From a bacterium (GTDB taxonomy: Archaea > Thermoplasmatota > E2 > JACPAO01 > JAHFTW01), in the NCBI GenBank assembly GCA_040390065.1, contig JAZJZE010000009.1, positions 506,930 through 570,929 of the forward strand: a stretch of 64,000 bases of DNA. The letters are read 5' to 3'. The notes under the pieces were generated by a model. The model worked only from the letters and a program-made list of their open reading frames with translations, was not told the origin of the DNA and did no database searches. The translations under genes were made by a program, and so were the position numbers. Of the stretch, positions 1-9,177 are shown in pieces. Position 1 is the first letter of the stretch; the number at the start of each line of letters is the position of its first letter.

Positions 1-2968
1 GCCACAACTGGTCCGGGACGTTGACCGCGAGGTCCGTCCACGCCGGTTCGGCCTCCGCTTGACCATTGGTCTCTTCCTGGCGATTGTTCACGCACGTCAC
101 GCTCCAACACAACTCGTAATACGCGTTTCCGGCGCCTTGAATCATGGCATACCGCGTGACGTGTGCTCGAATCGACAAGTCCGCGTGCGGGTCCTGGTCG
201 ATGCTGTCTTTGACGCCGTCGCCATCCGTGTCGGGGTCTACTGGATTCGTGCGTGTTGAGACAAGTTCAAGCCAATCCCCGATACCGTCGCCATCGGTGT
301 CCTGCTTGAGGGGATTCGTGAAGTACGTCTTGTACACCCCGTAGACCTGAATCGTGACGCCCTTGACCTCGTTGTAGTCGCTCAAGCCGTCAAAGTCCGT
401 GTCAACCTTGGAGTCGCTGGTCTTCCAGTAGTCTTCCTCGCAATTGTTGAGGCCGTCGCCGTCGGCGTCCATGACCCTGACGAAGTTGTTCTTGACGGTC
501 TGCGCCTTGTCGGAGCCTACGCTAACCCAGAGTCGAATCTGGTAGCTGTTGATGACTTGGTCCGTTCCCGGCGGAAGGTTGCATGGGTAGGTATGGTCCG
601 CGTACGGGCCACTGTACGTGTGGGGCAGGTTGTCTCCCCAATCCCATTCGTACGTGAGTTGGCCGCGGCTGTACGGGTCGTAGCTACACGACGCATCGAC
701 GTGAACCACGGAATGGCTGGTCCCTTCCGCCGAGACGGTGAAGCAGACCTTGGGCGGGCCTAAGGCCGGCGGCGAGGGCGGATTCGACGGCGACGGGTTT
801 GTTGCCTGGTTGGCTGTGGGCGAGGATTTCGTGATGATGATGTTGTCGACGGAGCCCTGGACGGAGCCCCACCCTCCCGACGGTGTGGCGAAGTCCGTGC
901 TGCCGTAGGTTTGCATGCCAATCGTGCTGAACTGGAATTCGTCGCCTGCGGTCGTGCCGACTTGGCGGCTCCATGTCAGGACTTTCTTTCCGGTGCTGTC
1001 CGTGATCTCCAAGATCAGGGTCTTGGCGGCGGCCGTGTATGTCAGTTTGAACGATTGCTGGGGGTCGGTTTGGGAGCCCGGGCCGGCAGTGCCCACGTTG
1101 CAGGCCCAGCCGGGGGGCGGTCCTGATGCGGGGTTGTACGAGATGCAGTAGCCGGTCGGGTTGCCGACGTAGTCCGAGGTGTAGTCGTAGTAGAAGATGG
1201 CAAGCGTGCTGTAGCGGCCAAGGGCGCCGTTTCCGTCAGCCGGGCCCACGTAGAATGGCACGGCAAAACGCGTGCCCCCCTGCCGGCTCTCGACGTTCCA
1301 GTTCTCCGTAATCGTGAAGGTGTCCTGCATGGTCAGTGGCGCGTCGAGGGGCCGGCTGAAGTCCTCGTAGGAGGCATCGTTCATGTTGGACAAGAGCTGC
1401 ACGTTGTGGTTCCAGGCGTCCCAATGGATGTCGCTTAGGGGTTGGTCGTTTGTCCTTACGAATCCGTTTGCGTCATCGAAGGTGTAGACGGTACTGAAGT
1501 GGGGGACGTGGACGACGATGAGCCCATCGCTGGAGATTTCCGTTTCGAGGGTCAAGTTGTCCTCATTGCGGAAGGCGTAGCCGCTAAATCCCATGCCGTT
1601 GAGCCACGTCGTATTGTAGGCCACGTCCTGGCCCGACGTGTCATTGCCGCCGTCGAACGCAACGGCCAAGTGGTCCGACGGGGCCGCGACGGAAAGGTCG
1701 ACGGTTCCGTTGAGGCCGATGGCCGGGATGGTGCTTGCTACGGCCGTCGGGAGCGTGGCAAAGTCCACGACCATCGCGCGGTCCAGAAGTTGCACGGATG
1801 CCGGGTTGCCAATCGTGTAGAGGCTGCTTGAGCCGAGGGTGATTGCGGAGAAGTCCGTAATGGCGCCGCCGCCAGTCGTGAACTTGACGTAGGGGCCACC
1901 CAGGCCGTCCATGACGACGAAGGGCCGCGACGAACCCCAATCGTTTCCCAACAGGTTCACGATGGCCCCAGCGCGGAACACGGTTGTCGCATTCAAGGTC
2001 GGCGGCCCGGCAAAGAGTGTGGAAAGAAGGGTTGGGGTCAGCAGGCTCACGTTGAGGTCGACTTGGACACCGTTGGGCGTCGCTGGCATCTTGATGGGGG
2101 CATTCTTGAGGACGTCAAGAATTGCCGCGGCGTCGGTGATGCGGAACGTCGAATTCGATGGCCACGGCGCGCTCGGAATCACGTAGTGCGTCGCGGCGAC
2201 GTTGTCGGCATCATTCGATTCCAGAGTGACGTGGTTGGAGTTGGGGAAGACGGAAACGTCGTAGATGCCCGGCAGGGCCGATGTCCAATTGAAGACGAGT
2301 TCCTGGCTCTGGCCGGCCTTGATGATGGGCACGTACGCTACCTGCTGGAAGATGGAGTACTTGCCCTGGATGGAGACATCCAATGTCACGTTGACGACGG
2401 CCGCCGGTTGGCCGCCGAGGTTCCGGATGGTGGATTCGACGTAGAAACCGATTGGGTGGGGGATGACCTTGGGCTTTGAGGCGACCAGGTTCGCAAGGCC
2501 GGAGGTGCCCAGGATGGATTGGATGACGCCGCACGCATCCGGCAGCGCCGGCTTCACTCCGAGCCCAGGATCGGGCGCGGAGGGTAGCGAGCACGCCTTT
2601 GCGCACTTCGCAACCTTCACGCCAAGGGGTGTGGATGTAAGGTTGTTGGCGGTTCCCTGGGGGTTGGCCAAGGCGGAGTTGAGTGTCTTCGTCGTCTGGC
2701 CCGCAATGGATTGGGCGCATGCCACCGTGGCGTCGACTTGCTGCACGGGTGCCGACACGACCGAGGTCAGGTTGCCGGGGAGCTGGTTCGTCACGTTGGT
2801 AATCAATGGTTGCAGGGGCGGGATGTGCGGCAGGGGCGGAATGTTTGGCAAGGGCGGTAGGTTGGGCGTCGGTGGCACTTGGGCGTCGGCGGGTCCGCCA
2901 AGGCCGTTGAGGAGGAACGCTAGAGCGCATGCAACGGCGGGTAGCACTCGGGAAAGGTTGGGGTTCAC
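1..2968 (-). CDS. Large secreted/cell-surface protein (CARDB-like, PKD-like and DxDGDG Ca-binding repeats); runs off the left edge
   Basis: Not in the ORF track because it has no stop in the window. Manual translation from GTG 2968 (AGGTGA SD upstream) gives a signal peptide, Pro-rich linker, CARDB-like 'IRNLGGQPA...ESNDADN', PKD-like 'DASCSYDP...TYEWDWGD...ADHTY', and repeats 'DADGDGL', 'DTDFDGL', 'DTDGDGI', 'DTDGDGV'. Confidence 0.85.
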   Translation of the reverse strand, partial: MNPNLSRVLPAVACALAFLLNGLGGPADAQVPPTPNLPPLPNIPPLPHIPPLQPLITNVTNQLPGNLTSVVSAPVQQVDATVACAQSIAGQTTKTLNSALANPQGTANNLTSTPLGVKVAKCAKACSLPSAPDPGLGVKPALPDACGVIQSILGTSGLANLVASKPKVIPHPIGFYVESTIRNLGGQPAAVVNVTLDVSIQGKYSIFQQVAYVPIIKAGQSQELVFNWTSALPGIYDVSVFPNSNHVTLESNDADNVAATHYVIPSAPWPSNSTFRITDAAAILDVLKNAPIKMPATPNGVQVDLNVSLLTPTLLSTLFAGPPTLNATTVFRAGAIVNLLGNDWGSSRPFVVMDGLGGPYVKFTTGGGAITDFSAITLGSSSLYTIGNPASVQLLDRAMVVDFATLPTAVASTIPAIGLNGTVDLSVAAPSDHLAVAFDGGNDTSGQDVAYNTTWLNGMGFSGYAFRNEDNLTLETEISSDGLIVVHVPHFSTVYTFDDANGFVRTNDQPLSDIHWDAWNHNVQLLSNMNDASYEDFSRPLDAPLTMQDTFTITENWNVESRQGGTRFAVPFYVGPADGNGALGRYSTLAIFYYDYTSDYVGNPTGYCISYNPASGPPPGWACNVGTAGPGSQTDPQQSFKLTYTAAAKTLILEITDSTGKKVLTWSRQVGTTAGDEFQFSTIGMQTYGSTDFATPSGGWGSVQGSVDNIIITKSSPTANQATNPSPSNPPSPPALGPPKVCFTVSAEGTSHSVVHVDASCSYDPYSRGQLTYEWDWGDNLPHTYSGPYADHTYPCNLPPGTDQVINSYQIRLWVSVGSDKAQTVKNNFVRVMDADGDGLNNCEEDYWKTSDSKVDTDFDGLSDYNEVKGVTIQVYGVYKTYFTNPLKQDTDGDGIGDWLELVSTRTNPVDPDTDGDGVKDSIDQDPHADLSIRAHVTRYAMIQGAGNAYYELCWSVTCVNNRQEETNGQAEAEPAWTDLAVNVPDQLW

Positions 2969-3117
2969 GGGGTCACCTGTTCAATCGGCTTTTCTACGCG
3001 TGTGGGCCTAGCGGTGCTGCGGCTGGTGGTCGGTGCCCCACGCCCAAGGTCGATGCCAACGTGGCCCACAAATGGCCCACGTAGAGCCAAGACATAGAGT
3101 TTGTCCCAGGTTTGAGT

Positions 3118-3390
3118 ATGGGTCGCACGAAGATTCGAGGCAGCACTCCGGATTCCACGGATCGCATCCACGTCGCCGTCGACCGCGACTTGTTGAAGTG
3201 GATTGACGCCAACCTGGCGCCTGGTGGCCCGTTTGGCAGCATGACGCACGCCGTCGAGTTTGCCCTTCGCCACTTGCGCGACGAACAGGAAGCACTTCGT
3301 CAGGCGTGCAAAGACGGGAAAGTTCCCTTCAAGGATACCACAATGTGGCTGCTGTACCAGGAACTCCTGGACGAGTCCAGGCGCCGCTAA
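3118..3390 (+). CDS. Ribbon-helix-helix (CopG-like) protein
   Basis: 'RIHVAVDRDLLKWIDA...FGSMTHAVEFALRHL' fits the RHH strand-helix-helix pattern; divergent from the surface protein gene. Confidence 0.7.
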   Translation: MGRTKIRGSTPDSTDRIHVAVDRDLLKWIDANLAPGGPFGSMTHAVEFALRHLRDEQEALRQACKDGKVPFKDTTMWLLYQELLDESRRR

Positions 3391-4754
3391 GGCTGAAGCC
3401 ACCAATCCCCGCCCTTCTGCAGCTTTGCAAGGACGGGCGCCAATGAGACATCCGTGGCCGCATCCACCGCATAGGAAGCCTGCAAGGTGACGGCTACGCG
3501 AAGCCACTCCGCAGCCTTCTCTGCATGCGGGTGCGCGTCGCGCGCGCTCGCGAGGCTCGCGCAGCAGCGCGCGGCTTCGTAGGCATTCTCGGCGCGAAGG
3601 GGAACCAAGTCGATTCCCAGGCGGATTTCCTGCTGCAACCACAAGTCGGCCTCCGTGTGCATCAGCAACGCTTGCTCGATGCGGTTCAAGCCGGAAAGGC
3701 ATAAGCCGCGAACAAAGGTTGCTTCCGCGTCTGTAGGGTCAAGATCGCGTGCCCGGTCTACTTGGCGCAGGGCCTCCGCGAATCGGCGTTGGTTGACCAA
3801 CTCATAGGCCCATTCCCGGTACTCCCCGCCCTTGGCAGCAGCGACGGGGTCATGACCGGGTTGGCGGCGGTGAATGATGATTCGGCGTTGCGTGAATCGA
3901 ACGGTGGGCCAGGCCAGGACCGCGACCAGGGCGAGTCCGGCCACAGGCCACAACAGCCACGCAACAGGGCTGGCGGAACTGCGGGATGGCACAATCGCGT
4001 GGCCGTCTACAACGGCCTCGCCGTCGCCGGACAAGGCAGCAGTGATGGGAAGGGACGTGCCGCGGCCAGCAAGACGCGCCGCCAGATTTCCTGAGACGAC
4101 TAGGTGGTTTCCCGTCAGGGCGGTGGAGGCGCCGCCTACGTCGAGACTCCCCACCGCCGACTCCAACGCAAGCCCCGTCGTGCCAAGGTTGGCGTCCCCA
4201 TCCGTGAGCAAGGTAGGCGGCACCATGCCGAGAGGCACCATGAGGCGCCCATTGGTCACGTAGAGGTAAACCTCCACGTCGCGTCCGAAGATTTGAGACA
4301 TGTCGGGCACGGCGGCAGGAAGGAGGGGGGATTGTTGAGGGCCCGTTTGGACATCCTGCGTCTGGCCATTGGCGGTCAAGGTTGCATTCCATTTCCACAA
4401 GGACAGCACGAACGAGCCGGCAATTTCCACGACGCCAATGCACCCGGACCACGCCAGCGCGGCGCCGATTGAACGCGTCATCGGGGGACGCGCAGCATTA
4501 ACGTAGGGTACGCGTTGCAGCGTCGACGCGTCGGACGCGCTGGTAGATTGGCAGGTTGCCTTTACGGACGGCGGCGGAGCGCCGTCCACGGGGAAGACGT
4601 TCCACCGGAAGCTGTTTCGCGTTGCCGTCCCTTGCAGCGTCGCATCCGCGTAGTCCTGCGGTTGGGTGGTCGGGTTGACGTCCTTCGGATTTCCGGTGGC
4701 GTGGACGGAGACATCGGCGGAATCTACCTCCATGTGCAGCCGCTCGGCCGCCAT
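3387..4754 (-). CDS. Ectodomain + single TM + TPR-like membrane protein (start uncertain, no signal peptide seen)
   Basis: TM 'VAWLLWPVAGLALVAVLAWP' followed by TPR-like 'FAEALRQVDRARDLDPTDAEATFVRGLCL'; collinear similarity to 46578-48068. Confidence 0.7.
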   Translation of the reverse strand: MAAERLHMEVDSADVSVHATGNPKDVNPTTQPQDYADATLQGTATRNSFRWNVFPVDGAPPPSVKATCQSTSASDASTLQRVPYVNAARPPMTRSIGAALAWSGCIGVVEIAGSFVLSLWKWNATLTANGQTQDVQTGPQQSPLLPAAVPDMSQIFGRDVEVYLYVTNGRLMVPLGMVPPTLLTDGDANLGTTGLALESAVGSLDVGGASTALTGNHLVVSGNLAARLAGRGTSLPITAALSGDGEAVVDGHAIVPSRSSASPVAWLLWPVAGLALVAVLAWPTVRFTQRRIIIHRRQPGHDPVAAAKGGEYREWAYELVNQRRFAEALRQVDRARDLDPTDAEATFVRGLCLSGLNRIEQALLMHTEADLWLQQEIRLGIDLVPLRAENAYEAARCCASLASARDAHPHAEKAAEWLRVAVTLQASYAVDAATDVSLAPVLAKLQKGGDWWLQP

Positions 4755-5073
4755 CGAGAATCCGGGAATCGGTTGGGCATTAAGTGTTCGCCGCCGGGGG
4801 CCTTCGCGCCTGTAGGCGCTCCGGCAAGGCGGTCGGCGCCTGCTGGCGCCTGCGAAGAATCGGTGACGGCACATCACCGGTGAACGCACCCGCCAACGTC
4901 CTCTGGACGCGACGGGCAATCGCTGACTACGGGCCCCCGCGGGATTCACGTCGCCGCGTCTGAGGCAACCGCAGGATGCGCACCCGCTTGCGGGTGGTCG
5001 CCGTGGGATTGCGTCACGGGGCCCCGGCGCGTCGGCGCACCCGCCGCCAAGTCTGGTGGGGCCGGGCCCCAAC

Positions 5074-5199
5074 CCGGTAAACCCCGCCCGGCAAGAGCGT
5101 GAGCGCTTCGCCCGCCACCCCAACCATGCTGGGGCCAGCATGCGCTTTGGGTGGCGTGCTTTGCCTTCACGCCCTTTGCCGCAGCGGGGCTAAAGCCGG
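5074..5199. promoter_or_regulatory. Long imperfect hairpin (~125 nt) directly upstream of the mobile-element operon
   Basis: Nested inverted repeats: catgctgg/ccagcatg (5125-5142), cgccaccc/gggtggcg, gcgtga/tcacgc, ccccgc..cggcaa/ttgccg..gcgggg, ccgg/ccgg; ends 11 nt before ATG 5211. Confidence 0.6.
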
Positions 5200-5210
5200 C
5201 TCGGTGCCCC

Positions 5211-5759
5211 ATGGCCCCACCAGAATTTGCCGACGAGTGCCACCGAACTGCCTGCCCCGTGCCCCAGCCACACGGAGCCCACTGCCCCCGCATCCCGGGC
5301 GCCCGCCTCGCAGGCTGCCTTGAATGCGGCGCCACAATCCTGCTGGCCCACGACTACGCGCCGGCTACGGCGCGCTGCAAGACGTGCCGCGACGCGACGA
5401 CGACTGCCACGATGACGACGGACCGCGCGCCGACGGCGGATTGGCTACGCCGCTTCCGAAGCGAAGCAACGGACGACGAGATGCCGCTCGGCGAAGCCGT
5501 CCACACGCCCACCTCGGGCGACCGGCTCCGCGCGGCGGAAGTGACGATGCGCCTGCGAACCAGCGCCGCCGGCCGAGTCGTGACCTCGACGCCGACACGC
5601 AGCATCGGATGCGACGATGCCGGCCGCCCCGTACGCCCCGCCGCAAAGCGGCGCGAGGCAAGCGATGACCAAGACGACGTCGAGGAACCCCAGTCCGTGG
5701 CGCGCTTCGGCGGCCGACTGCCCGCCCTCGCCGGCTACCGTGCCCAGGCAGGTGCCTAA
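5211..5759 (+). CDS. Cys/His-rich putative Zn-finger protein
   Basis: CHRTAC..H..HC, CLEC and CKTC motifs; stop abuts the next ATG (TAAATG). Confidence 0.55.
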   Translation: MAPPEFADECHRTACPVPQPHGAHCPRIPGARLAGCLECGATILLAHDYAPATARCKTCRDATTTATMTTDRAPTADWLRRFRSEATDDEMPLGEAVHTPTSGDRLRAAEVTMRLRTSAAGRVVTSTPTRSIGCDDAGRPVRPAAKRREASDDQDDVEEPQSVARFGGRLPALAGYRAQAGA

Positions 5760-6245
5760 ATGGGCCCGAACCAGGCCACTGTTCGCCGGGCCAGCATCCT
5801 GGCTTGGGTTGAGGCCAATCCGGGCCAAGGCTTCCGCGCCCTTTCACGAGGAACCTGCATCCCGACCGGGACGCTGGCGCACCATCTTGGCATCCTGAAG
5901 CGACGTGGCCTCGTGGCGGACAGGGCGCTTGGCCCTCGCCGCTTGTTCTACCCCACCGACGCCATCGTGGACGACCCCGCCAAGGCGGCGATGAACCTTC
6001 ACCCCGGCTTGGCCGCCCTTTACGCGTTCGTGCAGGCCAACGGTCCCTGCATGCAGAACGTCGTTCTTGCCGCCTTCGAGGCGCAGGGTTGGCCGCGTTC
6101 CACGACGCAGCAGCGCCTCCGCCGCCTTGTGGCTGTCGGCGGCTTGCAGGCGGTGCGGGGCGTGCGGTCACTACGATACGCGGTCCAGGCACCCGCGGTG
6201 GCCCAGTTGCCTCTTGCCTCCCGCCTGCAGGTGGTGTTGGCATGA
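5760..6245 (+). CDS. Tandem winged-helix transcriptional regulator (COG3398-like)
   Basis: 'ILAWVEANPGQGFRALSRGTCIPTGTLAHHLGILKRRGLV' plus a second wHTH 'PRSTTQQRLRRLV'. Confidence 0.75.
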   Translation: MGPNQATVRRASILAWVEANPGQGFRALSRGTCIPTGTLAHHLGILKRRGLVADRALGPRRLFYPTDAIVDDPAKAAMNLHPGLAALYAFVQANGPCMQNVVLAAFEAQGWPRSTTQQRLRRLVAVGGLQAVRGVRSLRYAVQAPAVAQLPLASRLQVVLA

Positions 6246-6340
6246 CCACCAAGACAATCCAAGTCTGCTCCGTTTGCGGACGCGCCTGTCCCGGCGGCGA
6301 CTGCGCGCATCCGGCGTGTCCTTCGCAGCGGGTGTTCTAA
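6242..6340 (+). CDS. 32-aa Zn-finger microprotein
   Basis: MTTKTIQVCSVCGRACPGGDCAHPACP; ATGA overlap with the upstream gene and TAATG overlap with ardC. Confidence 0.55.
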   Translation: MTTKTIQVCSVCGRACPGGDCAHPACPSQRVF

Positions 6341-7257
6341 TGTCATCCGCGCGCCAGGCCGTGTACGCGAAGGTCACCGACGCCATCATGGGGAAGCTCC
6401 GCGAAGGCGTTGCGCCGTGGCACAAGCCCTGGAGCGATGCGGATCGGCCTCGCAACTTCGCCACCGGTCGAGCCTACTCCGGCATCAACGCATTCGCGCT
6501 CGGCTTGTTCGGGCCGACGCCGTATTGGCTGACCTTCAATCAGGCACGCCTGATGGATTGCCAGGTGCGCCAGGGGGCCAAGGGTGTGCCCATCCTGTTC
6601 TATGGTACGCAGACGCGGCAACGCTTGGTCAAAGGCAACAACGGGGCGGCCGTGGAGGATCATGAGGTTGGCTTCGTGCGGTACTTCCACGTCTTCAACG
6701 CCGTTGACGTGGACGGCATCGACGCCGCCAGACTCGGCCAATCGCCATCGCCCTTCGAGCCCATTGAGGTCGCTCAAGGGTTGCTTTCCGCCGTGCAGCC
6801 GACGCCGGAGATTAGGCATGGCGGCGACGTGGCTGCCTTCAACCCGGCCCGTGACGTGCTTCGGATGCCGCGGCCCGAGGACTTCGCTCGCAGCGTGGAC
6901 TACTACGCCATCCTCTTCCACGAACTGACCCACTGGACGGGCCACCAGTCGCGCCTCGACCGCGAGTCTTTGCGCGACGCGAAGAGCTTCGGGGACGAAT
7001 CGTACAGCCGCGAGGAACTGGTGGCCCAAATGGGCGCCGGCTTCCTATGCGCCTTGACGGGCATCCAAAACGACACCATCGAGCAGTCCGCAAGCTACCT
7101 CGACAATTGGCTCAAGCAACTCCAGAACGACCGCGGCCTACTCATCTCTGCCGCGAGCCAGGCGCAACGCGCCACCGACTACTTGACCCGCAGCTGGACC
7201 CAGCCCGCGGCAATCGGCGTGACCGACCAAGAAACGGAGGCCACAGCGGAATCGTGA
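6340..7257 (+). CDS. ardC: ArdC-family ssDNA-binding antirestriction protein (DUF1738 + zincin-like domain)
   Basis: 'GVAPWHKPW...PRNFATGRAYSGINA...YWLTFNQA...VRQGAKG', 'FHELTHWTGHQSRLDR', 'YSREELVAQMGA', 'SASYLDNWL'. Confidence 0.92.
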   Translation: MSSARQAVYAKVTDAIMGKLREGVAPWHKPWSDADRPRNFATGRAYSGINAFALGLFGPTPYWLTFNQARLMDCQVRQGAKGVPILFYGTQTRQRLVKGNNGAAVEDHEVGFVRYFHVFNAVDVDGIDAARLGQSPSPFEPIEVAQGLLSAVQPTPEIRHGGDVAAFNPARDVLRMPRPEDFARSVDYYAILFHELTHWTGHQSRLDRESLRDAKSFGDESYSREELVAQMGAGFLCALTGIQNDTIEQSASYLDNWLKQLQNDRGLLISAASQAQRATDYLTRSWTQPAAIGVTDQETEATAES

Positions 7258-7329
7258 AGCCTCCCCTTGAATCGTGAGCGCCATTGCGGCGACCTTTCCC
7301 CCTTCCCCAGCGAATGCCAGGTGAAACCC

Positions 7330-8706
7330 ATGAAGAAAATTGAAACTGAAGTGCCAGCCACGAGTGGCGAGAAGCTGCTCGTTCCCGTCAACCAAGTCCG
7401 CGAGTCCCCGGACAATGGCCGCATCAACTACGATGAAGCCGCCCTGAAGGACCTGATGCAATCCATCAAGTCCACGCGCCTGGAAGAAGACGTGGTAGTG
7501 CGACGCGTCGAAGCCGACGTGTACGAGGTCGTGGATGGGCACCGTCGATTCCGTGCTGTGCAGCGCCTCGGCTGGGACGCCGTGCCGGTCCTCGTCAAGC
7601 CCTTGACGGAGGAGGAGGCGCGGTTGTACCGTGTGGCGACGATCTTCCAACGCGCCAACGCAACGCCGTACGAGGAAGCACGCTACTTGGCCGCGGCTTT
7701 GAAGAATCCGGGCATGACGCGGCAACTCTTGTCGCAAACGTGCGGCATCAAGCCCGGCACCCTGCGAAACCGATTGGAACTCCTGGAGTTTCCGGAGCAG
7801 GTCGCCAAACGCGTCGGTGTCGATGGATTCGCGGCGGAGCACGCCCGCATCCTTGCCAGCCTTGCTGCCTACCCCGACGCCTTGGCAGTTGGCTTGAAGG
7901 TGGCGGAGGACAAGGACACTGAGGGTACGATGCGCTCCGCTCCCCGCTTCTTCGAGGACGTCAAGAAGGCGCTCGTCAAGGCCAACGCTGCCAGGGACCC
8001 CACGAGCAACCGCCTCTGGGAAGTGCGAAACGCCTTCCCGACTTTCGAGGGCCAAGCCGGCAAGTTGGCTTGCGTGAAACACAAGACCCAGTTCGGTGAA
8101 GCTGTCCTGGTCCTCGACGTTGCGGCCTTTGATGGACTCGTGGACAAGGCGAAGGCGACGTTGGAGCGCCGCAAGGAAAAGGACGCCAAGCCGAAGGAGG
8201 ATGCCGACGAGGCACGCCGGATTCGGCGCCGGGAGCGGCAACTCGAAGTCGAACACGCCGCCAACGAATGGAAACGGGATGCGCTGCGGGAGGCCGCCTT
8301 TTCGCGCCTCGGCAACATCAAGGAGGTTGAGGCCTCGGACTTGGCCAGCCCCCTTCTGGACGCCCTGGAAGTCGGCATCGACGAGAACGACATCGAGCCC
8401 CTGGCAGAGGCGGCGGGCGTCCCCGTGGAACGCCTGCGAGGCTTCCTTGCGTGGAACAATGAGGGCGAAGCCGCCAGCCAGGACCTCATACAGCACTCGA
8501 CGCCGATTGAGTTGCTGCGACTGGTGCTCGCCTTGAGCGTGGCTCGCAGCCTCGATGGCCAGTCCGGGACTTGGAGCACTCTGTGCGGGCACTGGACCGG
8601 CAAGACCATGGCGGCTTGGGACGACGCCGCCACGGAGGCGGCCCGCGGCATCGTCAAGGCCAAGGGCAAGCAGGGCGAAGCGGAGGAAGCCGAGGCAACC
8701 GCCTAG
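7330..8706 (+). CDS. ParB/RepB/Spo0J-family protein with a long C-terminal region
   Basis: 'LKDLMQSIKS...VVVRR...YEVVDGHRRFRAVQRLGWDAVPV', 'TPYEEARY' and an HTH; AGGTGA SD before ATG 7330. Confidence 0.88.
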   Translation: MKKIETEVPATSGEKLLVPVNQVRESPDNGRINYDEAALKDLMQSIKSTRLEEDVVVRRVEADVYEVVDGHRRFRAVQRLGWDAVPVLVKPLTEEEARLYRVATIFQRANATPYEEARYLAAALKNPGMTRQLLSQTCGIKPGTLRNRLELLEFPEQVAKRVGVDGFAAEHARILASLAAYPDALAVGLKVAEDKDTEGTMRSAPRFFEDVKKALVKANAARDPTSNRLWEVRNAFPTFEGQAGKLACVKHKTQFGEAVLVLDVAAFDGLVDKAKATLERRKEKDAKPKEDADEARRIRRRERQLEVEHAANEWKRDALREAAFSRLGNIKEVEASDLASPLLDALEVGIDENDIEPLAEAAGVPVERLRGFLAWNNEGEAASQDLIQHSTPIELLRLVLALSVARSLDGQSGTWSTLCGHWTGKTMAAWDDAATEAARGIVKAKGKQGEAEEAEATA

Positions 8707-8729
8707 ACGCGACTGGAGCGTGCTGACCC

Positions 8730-8945
8730 TTGACTTGGACTGACCGGCAACGCCTCGAACTCATGGGGCTGTTGGACGATGCCGCCCTGGACCACTTGCG
8801 CGGCGAGTACGCTCCGGCGTACCAGGCCGTCATGGACGCCTGCGACACGTGCCTGCACAGCTCCGACTTCACCCACGACGATGCCGTGGCTGAATTGGAT
8901 GTCGTCCTGGAGTGGCTCCTCAAGTCGCAAGGGGTCCCCGTATGA
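8730..8945 (+). CDS. Small acidic hypothetical protein
   Basis: Coding-like composition; follows ParB and precedes a pyrimidine-rich tract. Confidence 0.5.
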   Translation: MTWTDRQRLELMGLLDDAALDHLRGEYAPAYQAVMDACDTCLHSSDFTHDDAVAELDVVLEWLLKSQGVPV

Positions 8946-8957
8946 TGATCCGGGCAG

Positions 8958-8981
8958 CCCTCCCCTTTTCCCCCTTTTTCC
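8958..8981 (+). terminator. Putative archaeal-type pyrimidine-rich terminator
   Basis: ccctccccttttccccctttttcc shortly after the last gene of the operon. Confidence 0.4.
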
Positions 8982-9116
8982 GGGGCGGTGCGCCGAATGG
9001 TTCGGCCAGGGGCTCTTGGGTTGCTAAGCCAGTTCTTCTTGTCTTTGTGGATGCTTCTGAAACCCGCGTCTTCACGCGTGTTTCCACATCCTTTCTCATA
9101 CTGGCCTCTACCGTAT

Positions 9117-9177
9117 CGTACGTTCGTAGACCCCCCTTTATGGGGGGTCTCCTCCGTCCGTACGTTCGTGTACGTAT
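9117..9177. repeat. Origin-like repeat cluster
   Basis: Perfect 9-bp inverted repeat agacccccc-tttat-ggggggtct (9128-9150) flanked by direct repeats cgtacgttcgt (9117-9127, 9159-9169). Confidence 0.55.

Noticed and set aside
4755-5141. Arg-rich N-terminal extension of the 584-aa ORF
   Set aside because: Composition looks non-coding and it overlaps the long hairpin; similarity to the paralog begins near 4760.
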